Origin: Bilabrum cf. latius
Lineage: Eukaryota
Assembly: GCA_965178125.1 (NCBI GenBank)
Contig: OZ237749.1
Span: 682,001 to 746,000, forward strand
Reading direction: 5' to 3'
DNA: 64,000 nucleotides
Each line of letters opens with the position of its first letter. Position 1 is the first letter of the stretch. The position numbers were made by a program, and so were the translations under genes. Of the stretch, positions 35,625 to 47,800 are shown piece by piece. The notes under the pieces were generated by a model that was not told the DNA's origin, did not search any database, and saw only the letters and a list, made by a program, of their open reading frames with translations.

Positions 35625-38600
35625 TCACTGGCCACCAGATCCTGCTCCGCTAGAGGGGCCACGCGACAGCGGCGCAGCCCCAGATGCAGCCGAGGACCCG
35701 AACGGGTCGTCAACAAACGGGTCGCCGTCCTCTCCCGAAGACGATTTGCCGGACAACATAGCCAGCGCTGGCTTGAATAGGAACCTCCAGGAATTCTACC
35801 TGACAGATTCGAGCGGAGACTTGCCTCTCGCCAGATCCACCACCGCGATGGCAGACAGCACCCCGGCAGATACCACGACCACTGCACCAGTCGTGGCGAT
35901 CGCCTTCGACACGGCGGGCTGCCAGTCCTTCCGAACGAGCGGCATGCTCCCCGCCGCCTGAAGCCAGGCGCTCGGCGAGACCCACCTAGACAGGGTGCCC
36001 ACAGCCGCTCCTGCACCCTCGCCGGCCTCTTCTGCCTTGGCATCCACCACGGCCTGACCCATAGACTCCATTTCCTTCACGGCGGCGGGCAGGTCCGTCT
36101 GCTTCTCCTCTTTGGAAAGAGTCTGTATTGTGAGCTTGGACGAGAAGTTCGAAGAGTACCCGATCAGGACGGGACCACCAGCGCGCTTCGGGCTGCTACT
36201 GCCCCCACTCATGGCACCGGTTATCATCTTGCTTGACTGCTTCTACCCGGCGGTTCGTGATCGCTTGGCAGGGGCCTCTTGGATCGTCTCGAGGGCCTGA
36301 GAGCCTTGCGACAGCGGCTTGATTCCGATCTGCTTGGCCACCTGGTCCTGCAGGTGCGCTGGCAAGTCCCCGAACCTTGCGCGACGGGCAGGGCCGCCGC
36401 CTTGGGGCTGCAGCTGAAGCACGCGGTTGAGGTCCTGAGGGGCCCACCGCGAGGCCCCGCCTGAAGCAGGAGGGAGAACCAGGCTATCGCCCCGTCCACC
36501 AACGCCTGCCCCTTCCGCCGTATCGCCCGCAGCGCCACTGTTCTCCTCCCCATCGTCGTCCTCCTCCTCGTCTTGGCCGGCCGCCGCCCGCTCGGCCTTC
36601 TCTCGCTCGGCCTGCTGACGTGCCATGGCGAGCAACGCCTCGTTCTCTCCGTTTCCCACTCCTTCGTCCTCATCGTCTTCTTCCTCAGATTCTTCCTCTT
36701 CCTCCGATTCGGACTCCTCCTCTTCCTCCGATTCCTCCTCGGAGTCATCGTCCGTGTCTTCCATGTCATTGCCATCGTAGTCATCATCGCCATACTCGTA
36801 TGCCTTTGGCTCTAGGCTTGTTGGCAAGGCGCTGGTGCCCGACGGCTCCGCGGCCTTCGCGTCCTTGCCATCGGCGCCAGCCTCCTCGTCACTCTTAGCC
36901 TCCACTCCGGCATACCCCGTGGATGAAGCTGGCGGAGCAGCTGCTTCCACTGCACCAGCAGATGAAGCGGCGCCGCCAGTGGCAGGCACGGGATCCCCAT
37001 TCTGGGCAGCCCGGATCACCTCGTCCACCTCCATCTCGTTCAAAATGTCGTCCAATCCGTCGTCATCGTCCTCTTCCTGCTGCTTGCTGGCTCCACCCGA
37101 AGCAAGGGGTCCGTCCCCAACGGGACCAGATGAATCTTCCGTTTCTTCCGTTTCTGCGACCTTTGCTGGCTGCTACTAGTCCGGTCCCGCCTCTGTCTTG
37201 CCGTCTGTGGCGGCGGCGACAGGAGAATCAGCAGCGCCAGCTGGCTAGGAGACAGTGCCAATTTCTTTGGCATCACTGGGAGAGGTGGCCGGCGCCTGCA
37301 GCAGCCGCCTCAAGTCGATCTGCAGCTTTGAGCCGCAGATGGGATGGTACCAATCCCCGTGCTCCTTGACAACCTGCACGGCCACTTCGCGGCCGCCGTC
37401 GGCGTTACCGGCCAGCAGCGCCAGCAGCGGCCTGGCGTACTTCATGCGCCCGAAAGACACCAGGAAGTCACGCGCCTGCTCGATCGCGCCGGGGAGGCCT
37501 GACAGCATCGCTACGGTGGTCCACGCCATGCGCAGCTCGCAATTGCCAGTCGTGCTCAGGCCTGACTCTCGGTCGATCTTTGCTAGCACGTCGGCGCTGA
37601 TGCGCTGGGGGGGCTCCATGGACGCAAGCTCTGCGTGCATGGGTGATGACAAGAACAAAACAGTTTTCAAAGATGACCGAAGCGGTGGCGCATCACTCAG
37701 AGTATATGCCAAGCAAAGCAGCAACAGTAAGCAAGGTTCACACATACGCAAGCAAACCGCTCCGAGCGTGGAGAGAACAGTCCTCAGGTGGGCCTAATAT
37801 ATTAGAATCAGCGTGGCCCGAAAGATGTGTTCATTGGGATCAATGGAAAGAAGTATCCTCATTGGAAAGTCCTCCCCAGCTCGCAGCAGCGACACACACA
37901 TAAGGCAGGCAGCATTGCAAGGGGAGCGATCGAAGATCTCACGTTTAGCACTCTCCGCCAGATGTTTAGCGAAAGCGATGAGTAGGTGCGCGTCGTTGGC
38001 CCACGAGGCGAGGAGCCCTTCCTTTACGGCGGAAGGGTTCGTAATGTAGTCCCAAGCGAGTTTCTCGCAAGCCGTGCGGACACTACCATCGTGGGACACC
38101 GGCTCGGGCGGGTTGCCTTCCGTGTAGTACCAGGCGTCCCAGTCCACGATGCTGTCCATGTCGACGGTTTCGCCGCCGTCGTTTGCAGGCTCGGCAAAGT
38201 AGTCCGTGATGTGCTTCTGGAAGTCGAACCTCGAGATGCTCTTGCCCATGTGGTCCAGGGTGAACGACTTGAGCCACGGCTCGAACCTCGCTTTGCCACC
38301 TAGCTTCTCCTGGAAAAAGCAGAGGAAGTGGTACCCCTTCTCATAGGGCACGACGGAGAAGCTCTCGTCAGGGTCCACGCCTGACATGTCCGGCACGAGC
38401 TTGGTGTACTTGGAGTGGCCGCGGCTTGCCAACGTCTCGAGCTCTTCTGCCAGTTTGCCCGCTCCATCGAAAGAATCGAACGCGAAGAATGCGTCACCCT
38501 TGATGATCGAATCCTTGTGGGTGTGCTTTTCCCTTACGGCAGCCACGACCTTTCTCTGCCCCATCATGGTGAAGCCCTCGTTCAGCCAAAAGTCCTCCCA

Positions 38601-39961
38601 GGCACAGCACGTGAAGCCATTCCCGCTCCATGAGTGGATGATCTCGTGTGCCACCACATCCGCCAGCGACCCGTCCCCGGCCAGCAGGGTGGGCGTGGCA
38701 AATGTGAGGCAGGGGTTCTCCATGCCTCCGTATGGGAAACTTGGGGGCATGACCAGCACGTCGTACCGGCCCCACACGTACGGACCCAAGAGTGCCTCTG
38801 CCTCTGATAAGAAGTGAGGAGCCGCGTCGAATTCCTTCTTGGCGGCATCCACGACGCCCGGTTCCGCCCACACGCCGACAGAGTCCGTGATGGCCCTGTG
38901 CTCAAGGGCACCCGCAGCCAGCGCGATGAGGTACGTTGGTACGGGTCGGGGCTGATGGAAGGAATGCACCGCATGATCCTCCTCGAACGAAAAGCCGTGC
39001 AACGCGTCACCACCAGCACCACCACTGCTGCTGCTGCTGCCCGTTGCAGCGGGCTCCTCCTCGCGGTCCGCCCCGGATCCGGCAAGTGTGCTCGCTCGGC
39101 TCTGCAGCGAGGCGACCGCCTCCCTTGCGGCAGATAGACCACTCTCTCCATCGAGAGATGAACCTCCGTTACCAAGAGCAGACATAAGCACTGTGATGGG
39201 CGCGGGAGCTGCCACGAAGGCCCTAAAAGTAAGCTTGTGTGCCGGCGTGTCCGGGCACGGCAGCAGCGTCCTAGCGTGGATTGCCTGGCACTGGGTGAAT
39301 ACAAATGGCTGCGTCTTGCCATTCGTCTGGGAGGCATCAAGCCATTGTAATGCAGATGATTCGTCTGTTGTGCTGTACTCAATCTGCGAGAGATAAAGAA
39401 GTACAAAGTGCATGGTGACAAGATTCCGCATGTCGCTGCGCGCCTCTCGCCCATTGATCAAGCTATCAGCATCTCACTGAAACTGCGAACGTATCACCGG
39501 CCGACATATTCCGACCAAGAGGAATGGATAGCTGCCTTCCAAAGGGAGCTGTCTCTGGTTTCAACACAGAATATCCTTCGCACTCGTCCGAACCTCGCAA
39601 GTCCCGAAAAGGGATTGCTAAGCCTGCAGTGGAAAAAGTCGATGCCGTACGGACCATAGATATTAAGCATGGAAGCTCGTAACGAGAAAAAGCAACAGAT
39701 AGACATTGATGCCTCACCGTTTACATGGACACCACGTATTGCTAGTGCGCTCGTGTCCAAGTCGACCTTTGCTTCAGAACCTTCCAAGTCCTTCTAGCAT
39801 TCAAACAAATAATCAACATTGGCATCAATTGTGGACGAGTCGAATCGCAGCTGCGCAGTCCACACTGCTTCCACGGCTCTGACAGACCGGTGATTTGCCA
39901 AACTACTCTTATCAACAACATTTCGTCTATCCGGAAGGGAAGGAGCCTGTACAGACGCCAT
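35625..39961 (-). CDS. LTA4H: Leukotriene A4 hydrolase-like M1 aminopeptidase with long acidic C-terminal extension (about 1,278 aa); introns 39624-39717, 39384-39477, 37631-37942
   Basis: Motifs VDKSSLAN, SALQWL...QPFVFTQCQAIHAR, PSFPYGGMENP, HEIIHSWSGN (HExxH), FWLNEGFT, PYEKG and GRMKYARPL. Track ORFs 37245, 36243 and 35796 continue in the same frame through TAG to a TGA at 35625. Confidence 0.88.
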
Positions 39962-40184
39962 TATTATTTCGTCGCTGGCAATCCAATGGATTCAATGACA
40001 GCCGGACTAGAGAATCTGTGCACTAATGCTGTGTGCTGGGGAACCCTTTTCTGAGATAATCGGATTTCCATTTTAATAACACTGTATATTTTAATGCCTC
40101 ATCAAGTGAATTAATCGGAGCATTCTAGTCGTTGGACCAGATTCGCTAAACACCGAGTATTGGCGCCAGAATATCAACTTATCA

Positions 40185-43100
40185 ATGTCATGCATGTCAG
40201 CATTGGCTGCTAGAGCGGCTGTGCTTGCGGCAACTGGAATAAGAGAGGAAAATGCGCGGCTACGCCGGGCGCTATTTCAGCGTGGCGCTCGAGGCCATGT
40301 ATCAAGAAGCCACGTCGATTCTGACTCGGACCCTGACACAACTACGTAGACAATAGACGATAAATCCAGTGATACGGCCTTCAGGCACCGAGTTTTGGTC
40401 GATGAATTGCACAGCACAAGGTCAAGCCTCCGAGATGCAAAGTACTAGCTTGCATAGCTACGACGCGATAGCGTTCAATAGAGAATGAATGTTATCGCAG
40501 AATCCAATCGGCTACAATCTATTGCACGTAACGCCGCTGTAACAGGAGGGTCATCTCTATCAGAGCTTCGTGCTTTGTTGGTCTCGTCTGGCTGCCAGTC
40601 CTCAGCGCAATTGCAGTTGCTTGACGGAGCTCGAGCTGCGCTGTCCCGGCTGTACGATGCTACGTGCCATTACTCTGATCAACGATCTCGGCGCTTTCGT
40701 GTCGATAAACATGAGCCGGAAGAGTCTGAAAGCAAAGATGGTGGCTGCGCAGAGCTTTCCACCAGCCGGGCAGGCGACGCATCAGCGCCGGAGGGGAGTG
40801 CAGGGACTCCTCGCAGCAAGGAAGCTGAATTTGCTCCGGATCCCAGAGCGTCAGCGATACAGCACCTGCGCGCGGCATTGGTCGCGTCAGAGGCGCAGTC
40901 GGAGTCGCTGCAGCAGGAACTCATCGGCACGCGGTCTCAGCTGCGACGAGCCGAGAAAGCAGCTGCTCGGGCGCAGGAGGCTGCTGGGCACATTGTCCAC
41001 TACCAGGCAGCCGTCTAGCGAATGGAGCAGCTGTGCAGAGCAGCCGAAGCGAGGGTCAGGACGGCTCAGATCGACAAGGAGTCGGCGGAGGATCGCGTCT
41101 CGGCCCTGGCTCGCGAGGTGGCGTCTCTCCGATCGCAGATCGGGGCGAGGCGGGAACTCGAAGAACTGGCACACGGGCGCATGTATGCGAGCGCGAGCAT
41201 GCAGCCGAACGCCGATGCATGCCTCGGTCCCAGTGCCCGGCAGGACGAGCAAGACGGCAGTGCTAGCGCTGGCTCGCAGCAGGACCAGGCAGGTGGCTCT
41301 CTATGTGCATCGACAGTGGACCGGGCACAGGCATCCTAGGCCCTCCAGACAAGCTATGGCTCTTCACCTCGTGGTGACACACAGCGTAATCGCGCCGAGG
41401 CCTTGGAACCGTACGCAGCTGCAGCGACAGCATCAGCGGCCGACCATCAGCGGTCGGTATTGGATCAGCCGGCTAGCTGTTCGATGTAGCAGAGTGATGG
41501 GCCGGTGTAGATGTCCCAATCTGCCGGAACAAGCACACATACGCCACAGTTAGGCATTGCTGCCTCGATTGACAAGTATGGTTCATCGGCACCCAAGACG
41601 ACTGGGGAAGTAGCAACAGCCAAAGACAGCAGAACGTCGCTGCGTGACTCTCGTGGCAGGGCGCCCTCAGGCGAGGGGGGTGGGGCTGCGAGTAAGTTGC
41701 CGTTGCACGGACATGGATAGTAGTCCAGAGATTCTGCTAGAGGCAAGCTATCTCCGTCCCCATCATCGGATCAATCATCTCGTACACCGTCGGTGAAGAG
41801 CTACGACGTGACGATGCAGTCGAGGGGGGCCGCTCAAGCTCAAAGGCCCCGAGAAGATTCCCAACAGGAGTAGGCTGGGCATTAGTTGGAAGGAGCAAGG
41901 GCTTCTCCATGCACGGAGGCACCACATTAGTGTGATCCGAATGCAACTCATGCCGGTGGAGCTACACAGGCCCCGTGCGTCTAGAGATCTGCCCGAGACG
42001 TAGCCAAGGCTGCTACAAATCCTCAATAGATAGCAACAGCAGAGCATTCTGTGCGTCAGCCAGGCACTAAACAAGTTTATGCTACGCGTCAAACTCAGCC
42101 AAACTAGCCCTAGGGGGGGTAGGCGGAGCTCCCCTAGGGCTAGGCAGAGCACCAGCCCTTGTTGAACATGAGAGGGTCGCCTGACATTGCAGCCACATCG
42201 GAAGCAGCAGCTCCTCCCTCAGACCCGCCTCCTCGTGCCTCCAAGCCTAGCAGACCGGTGCGCTCCCGAGGGTCGTCCCAAGGGTCGTCCGCCAGTGTGG
42301 CTAGCCAACCAGTCAACCTGCAGCCTAGTCACACGGGAGCCAGCGGGGCCACATCATCTGATCGATAGAAACAGTACGGTAGCCCCGTTAATCAGCGCAG
42401 CGCGGGCAGCAGTACGAGCAGCAGCAAGGGCTCAAGTCGTCTCGGCACTGCCGCAACGCCATCGGCCAGCAGCTTAGGCGAGCCCGGGTCACAATCGCAG
42501 GCACGGCGATCGCGACACGGTGCGATGCTGGACTTCACCGCTGGAGAGAGCGTGATTGTGCTGGCGATGCCACAGGACGAGACTTGGCAGAGCTCTGCGG
42601 GTGGTGACTCGCGGTCAGGCAGCCACGCCAGTGCTTGCGATGACCCCGGTCGCACAACGGTTAGCGATAGTAGATCGAGGCCCTCACCCCCAACGGGGGC
42701 TGTGGAAGAACAGCAGCACCGTTTGGTGAGGGTAGCGGAGGGAGATTCGGCGGGGTCCGGCCACCTCCTGCGAGTACCACCAATGGTGCAGGTGGTGAGC
42801 AGTGAGGGGTCGGGTGATGGGTCGAGCAACGGCAGCACAACCGCACCGCATTCAACCCACGAGAGCCCTACCTCTAGCGGAGTTAATTCAGGACCAGCGG
42901 CTCGATCTTTTGGAAGGAATCGGGCAGAAGCGACCGAGCACCAGCACGGGTCAGGTCATCATGATGGGCCTGCTCCACCCATGCCGCCAACATCTGCGCG
43001 CACCGATGATTCGGGCGGGAGGTGGGCACCTCCTGTTCCTTTGGCCTCGAGAGGCTTGCCTATTGGTGCGCTTAAAGGTGTGCAGTCATCCCCCGTGCTC

Positions 43101-43379
43101 GCCCGAGGCGCTGGTGGCGAAATGGGTGGGCCAAGCCCACTGATCCACGGGATACTGAGACAGCATGGGTCCATGAATACCAACGCACTGGCAAGAGAGA
43201 TGATTGCCGAAGACTATAGCTCCCGTAGCAGTGACGCAGACGCGCAGGGCAGTCAAAGGGAGGCTGACAGTCGCGCTGACAGTCGGCCGGGTGGCTCTGT
43301 AGCAAGCGCCTCGAGCAGGCATATCTTGGCAACAGTTGACGCTCTGCTCGAGGAGATTTCGTCTGATTCAAGTAATTGA
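40185..43379 (+). CDS. Uncharacterised protein with N-terminal coiled coil and long disordered Ser/Gln/Pro-rich region (about 1,064 aa)
   Basis: Track ORFs 40485, 41022, 41511, 42159 and 42525 are one frame with about 21 TAG and no TAA/TGA between the ATG at 40185 and the TGA at 43377-43379. Heptads include LRAALVASEAQSESLQQELIGTRSQLRRAE. Confidence 0.75.
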
Positions 43380-43460
43380 TAGATAACATATTGTAGCTTA
43401 ATTGAAGTCCGTGACCAAAGCCTATTCAGTCAGTAGACCCGACAACCACCTGCGACCAAC

Positions 43461-44705
43461 ATGGCCCAGCTAGAGCAGCTTGCGAACATTTCAAACTTGA
43501 AGCTAGTCGGCATGGAGCATATGGACTATGATGACACTGAAGAACGAAACGCTTTGGTTCTAGCGCAGAAAGCAAGGATTAAGGCCCTTGAAGCAATCGT
43601 TCGGGTGCAGCGCAGACTTGGCTAGCGCTCCCAAAACAGCAATGGCATCGTACAAACGGACGGTGTTCGCTCCTAGATTAGAGCATCCCAATTGGGTGAT
43701 TCTTCTTTTCTATCACCTTCAAGGCGAGATCCGGTTGCTGAAGACTTGCGAGCAACGCAGCCTGTTCGCGGAGTTGCCGTTGACCGCGATGAAGAAACGG
43801 CACTGGGTGCTGATCGCACCGATGCCAAGGACTCGCTTATCAAAGCCCTGCAAAGACAGTTAGTGTCCAAAGAACGCCAGGCAGCCGACGACGAAACGCA
43901 TCGACTCAGACTGGTCCGGCGACTAGCGGAATCAGAGCAAAAACTTGCTTTAGCCCTGTCGAAAGTAGCTGAGCAAGATAACGAAGCTACTGCAGAAAAT
44001 ATGAAATAGGGAGCATAGCTTGAAAGGGCAAGATAGCAGTATCGACGCGACAACGAGGAGCTTGAGCAGCAGCTCGAGCTATACCGCGCTAGGACCCGTC
44101 GCCTCGAGCGAGAGCTTGAGGATGCACGCCATGAAGCAGCACAGGAGCTGGATGCTGCTACATCTGCACACTAGGCTGTTGAGCGTGAATTACGGCTGGC
44201 CATCGAGAGAGCAGCCGCACGGAGCGACCAGGATCGTCAAGAGGCGATTCGCCTCCGGGGCGAGGCAAGTGCTCGTGAGAAACGCGCGGCCGATGATGTC
44301 AGAGTCCTCAGAGAAGAGTGGTCCCTTGTGGAAGCAGCATCCAGGGACGAAGCTGCTCGATGGAAGGCAGAAGCCTTGAGGGCCAGAAAAGTCGCCTCGA
44401 AACTTCGTGCAGAGGTGCGGAGGCTTCGAGGCGGGGGCGTGCAGGAGGCCGAGCGGTTCAGGGCAGACGTTGGCAAAGGGGTTTCGGCTGCGCTCGAGGA
44501 TACCTGGCCCTCGCACAGAGAGGGCGGTGGAAGGAAGGAGGCCACGAAGCGGAGCGGCTCAACTCAAGGCCGCGGGGGAGGCAATGACGCTTGGGTGCGA
44601 CGGCATGTGGGCAAGGGCTGGGTAGGAGCGGACGGGTTCGGTGCCTCCGTGGGATCGGCGCGGCGGTTTGAAACGGGATTCAACGAGTCGCCAGCATGGA
44701 GCTGA
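43461..44705 (+). CDS. Uncharacterised coiled-coil protein (414 aa)
   Basis: One frame from the ATG at 43461 through six TAG (covering track ORFs 43692 and 44328) to a TGA; E/R/A/L-rich heptads such as NEELEQQLELYRARTRRLERELEDAR. Confidence 0.75.
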
Positions 44706-44864
44706 GCAATCGAGATGACTTGGAATACAAAGAGAGAAGCATCAATGAGCAGCATAAGCAGTTCTAGTCTATTTCAATAGGATTCATTTTTCGCAAGCCG
44801 ATTGATCGCACCGAGCCCTCGTAGCTCCTCCACCGCAGCAAACAAAGCCTGGCACAAATCCCTG

Positions 44865-47800
44865 TCACCCATCGAATCCAAACAACTCCTCGACGCCCTC
44901 GACCACCCTGTCCACCTTGGTGGCCAAGTCGGTGCCCAGGAAGTAGAGCCTTCCATCCGCGGTACCCACCTGCAGGTGGTGCTCGCCTGGCGTGAACGCG
45001 AGCGCGGTGACCGGCTGTGGAAACCCAACCGGTTTCTTGCCCTCGGTGTTGCGGAGTGCTTGCACTGTTTCCATATCGATGGTCCCATCCACATCAAGAT
45101 TGGGCAGAGCTCCACCAAGCGGCCCCAGCGTAGCAATGACTTTCATCTCCCAGATGTCTACCAATCGGATGCGCGGATGTTCCTCCTCGACGGCGATCGC
45201 CAAGGTCGAACCGTCTTCGCTCCAGCACGAGGCAAGAATTGAAAGGCTATCGCGAAAGCCAAGGATCTTGAGGCTTGGGCTTGCACCAGCAGCAACTCCA
45301 TCAAGCTTGAAGGCGTACAGGTGATGGTTCTCGTCGCTATACGCCGCTACAACTCCAGCTGGAGATACGCTGCACCAATGCAGCGCGTTCAAAGACTCCG
45401 GCAGCTGGCGTGTATTCCTGTGAATGGCTGGATCACTCGCTTGCGCACTCGGTGCTTGAGCCCCGGCACCGGACGCTGGTCCTGGGGTGGCATCGCCTGC
45501 GCTGACCTCGGGCGAAGCTGCCTGGTCACCAGCTGATTTAGATTTTTCAGATTCTTCCGACTCGAAAATACCTGGCGCAGGCGCGACGCGAGATTCCACC
45601 CACTCGGGGACAATGGATCTGATGAGGCGACCCGTCGAGAGCGAGTGCAGGAGCACGCTACCATCTGCAGAGCAGGAAGCCACCACGTCAAAGTGGGCAC
45701 AGGCATGCACGCAAGTAATTGTGTCTTCGTGGCCCGATAGAACAAGCCTGGGTTGTGGCGAGATGCGCCCCTGCCACATCCGCCAGACTCTCACGGTTCC
45801 GTCACTCGACCCAGTCGTCACGACGTCCTCGCCAGACCAGCCGTCCTTTGCGACAGGAGTGACGACGGGCAGCTGCGGGGCGCTGCGGAACTGGGCAGCT
45901 GCAAGGTCGAGTCGTTCCGCGGTGCGCTGCAGGAGGTCTGGATTCACAGTGGGCATGCTCCACTGGTCTCTTGGGTCCAGCAGCTTTGCCATGGCTCTCC
46001 TGACAGCATCGCTGCTGCTGACGTCGGTTACCGCGGCCAAATGCGTCCCCGCGTGGCCTTCCGTCGAGTTCAAACCATCCTCGAGATCGCTTTCGAGATC
46101 CAAACCGGCTGCAAGGGCGGCAGTGGCAGCTGCCTGTACCGTAATGCGACTCGGATGCAGCAATGCACCTGACAACAAGCCGCCAGCGTTCACCGCAGCG
46201 GCTGCAACGTCACCACAGGCACGCGTGCTGCCGAGATGCGGGTCAGCTTGCAGGCTACTGACGATGGAACGAGCTGCGGAGGTACTTGGTGCCCTATGTA
46301 TTGAGGCCACTGACCCTACCTCTGCGGCTGGGACTGGACGGGGACAGACGTGAAGGCAAGTGACGGGCCCATCGTGCCCCGTTACCACGCAGACCGATGG
46401 CATCCCCTCTGCGATGGCTGATACTCTGAAACTATGATCCCAGTGCATGCACGACAGCAAGAATTGCCCGTCAGAAGAGCAAGCAACCATCCAGGGCCTA
46501 GTCCAGCTCGCGGCAGATCGAGAGCCGCCTGCGCCAGCCATCGTGTCCGCGAGTGTTGATGCTTCTGCCCCAGACAAAAGAGGCAGCCATGCGGCCTTGC
46601 GCATGCCATCCGCAACAGCGGCTTGCCTCTTGTCGTGTAGAGCTGCTGCACTCAGGGGGGTCGGGCGATTGCCGGCAGTTGCGGTATTCTGCTACGAGCT
46701 AGCATGGAACAAGCTGGCCGCGTCGTTGTTCGCCCAGCCTCTTAGCTTCCGTCTGACGAACGACCACCAATCTGGGCCCTGATTGCTTGCGATTGACAAA
46801 TTCATCTTATTTCCCAGAGGGTTCCGCCTTGTTCTGCCCAAACACTCGAGTGCTTTCGTTCTAGCGACGAACGGGACTCCCACCACAGAACCGGAGCCCA
46901 TCGTGGTGCGTCCGCCCGCCGCAAATGCAGCATTGACCAAATGCTTCTTCTGCGTTTCTTCTTGCTGAGCACTGCCCGCAGCAGTGCTTGTAGCTCCAGA
47001 CCCGGCCTGATCGGAGCTCATTGACACCTGCTCTGCGGTCCCGCTGACCTTGACGCTGCCGCTCATGCCCAAGATTGACATAAACGCACCAACTACACCC
47101 TTTCCGTCTCCCGAAGGCGCTGCCTTTACGTCATAGGAAGCACCAGACCCAAACTGGGCGAAACTATTCCCGAAGTTTTGCAGCATTCTAATGGCAGAGC
47201 GTGGATCAAGCGATGGATGGTCTGGGCTGAGCTCCTGCAGTCGGGGAGCTGCCAGAAAAGCCTTGATCGGGGCTTGGATTCGTCGAGGTGGCTTGCCGAT
47301 CGCGCCTGCGTGCCTTGCAAGGAAGAGAGCTGACGCAGCCTCCCTCAGGTCACAGTCCAGCATGAGCTTCTGCAGCCTCCGGAAGCTCATGGAAGCAGCC
47401 TGGTCATTGCTGTCTCTGTCTCTGCCGCTTGCGCCACCCGACGCTTGCGCTTTGGCCTTGTGGACAGAACCTCTTTTTCTGTGGTGCCTGCTCGTTCGCG
47501 CCAATGTTCCCTATGATGTTGTCCAGTTGTGAATGCCGACGGAACGATTCCCGTCCACGGTTATCAAGCCAGGCTGCTCTCCAGAAATAAAAAACAACCC
47601 AATAATCCGCTGCTAGTGGATCTGAATGCCCAGCTGCCGCCCGATTACTTCTTGCTCGGCTTCAGAGGGAGCAATCCTGCCAACATCACCCTCGCCATCG
47701 CTCGACATACCCGAGTGCCCGCTGGCCTCGCCCCCCTGTTGCGACACCCCGCCAATCCTGTTTCGGAACTCCTTGGCTCTGGGAGCTCCATTCTCTCGCT

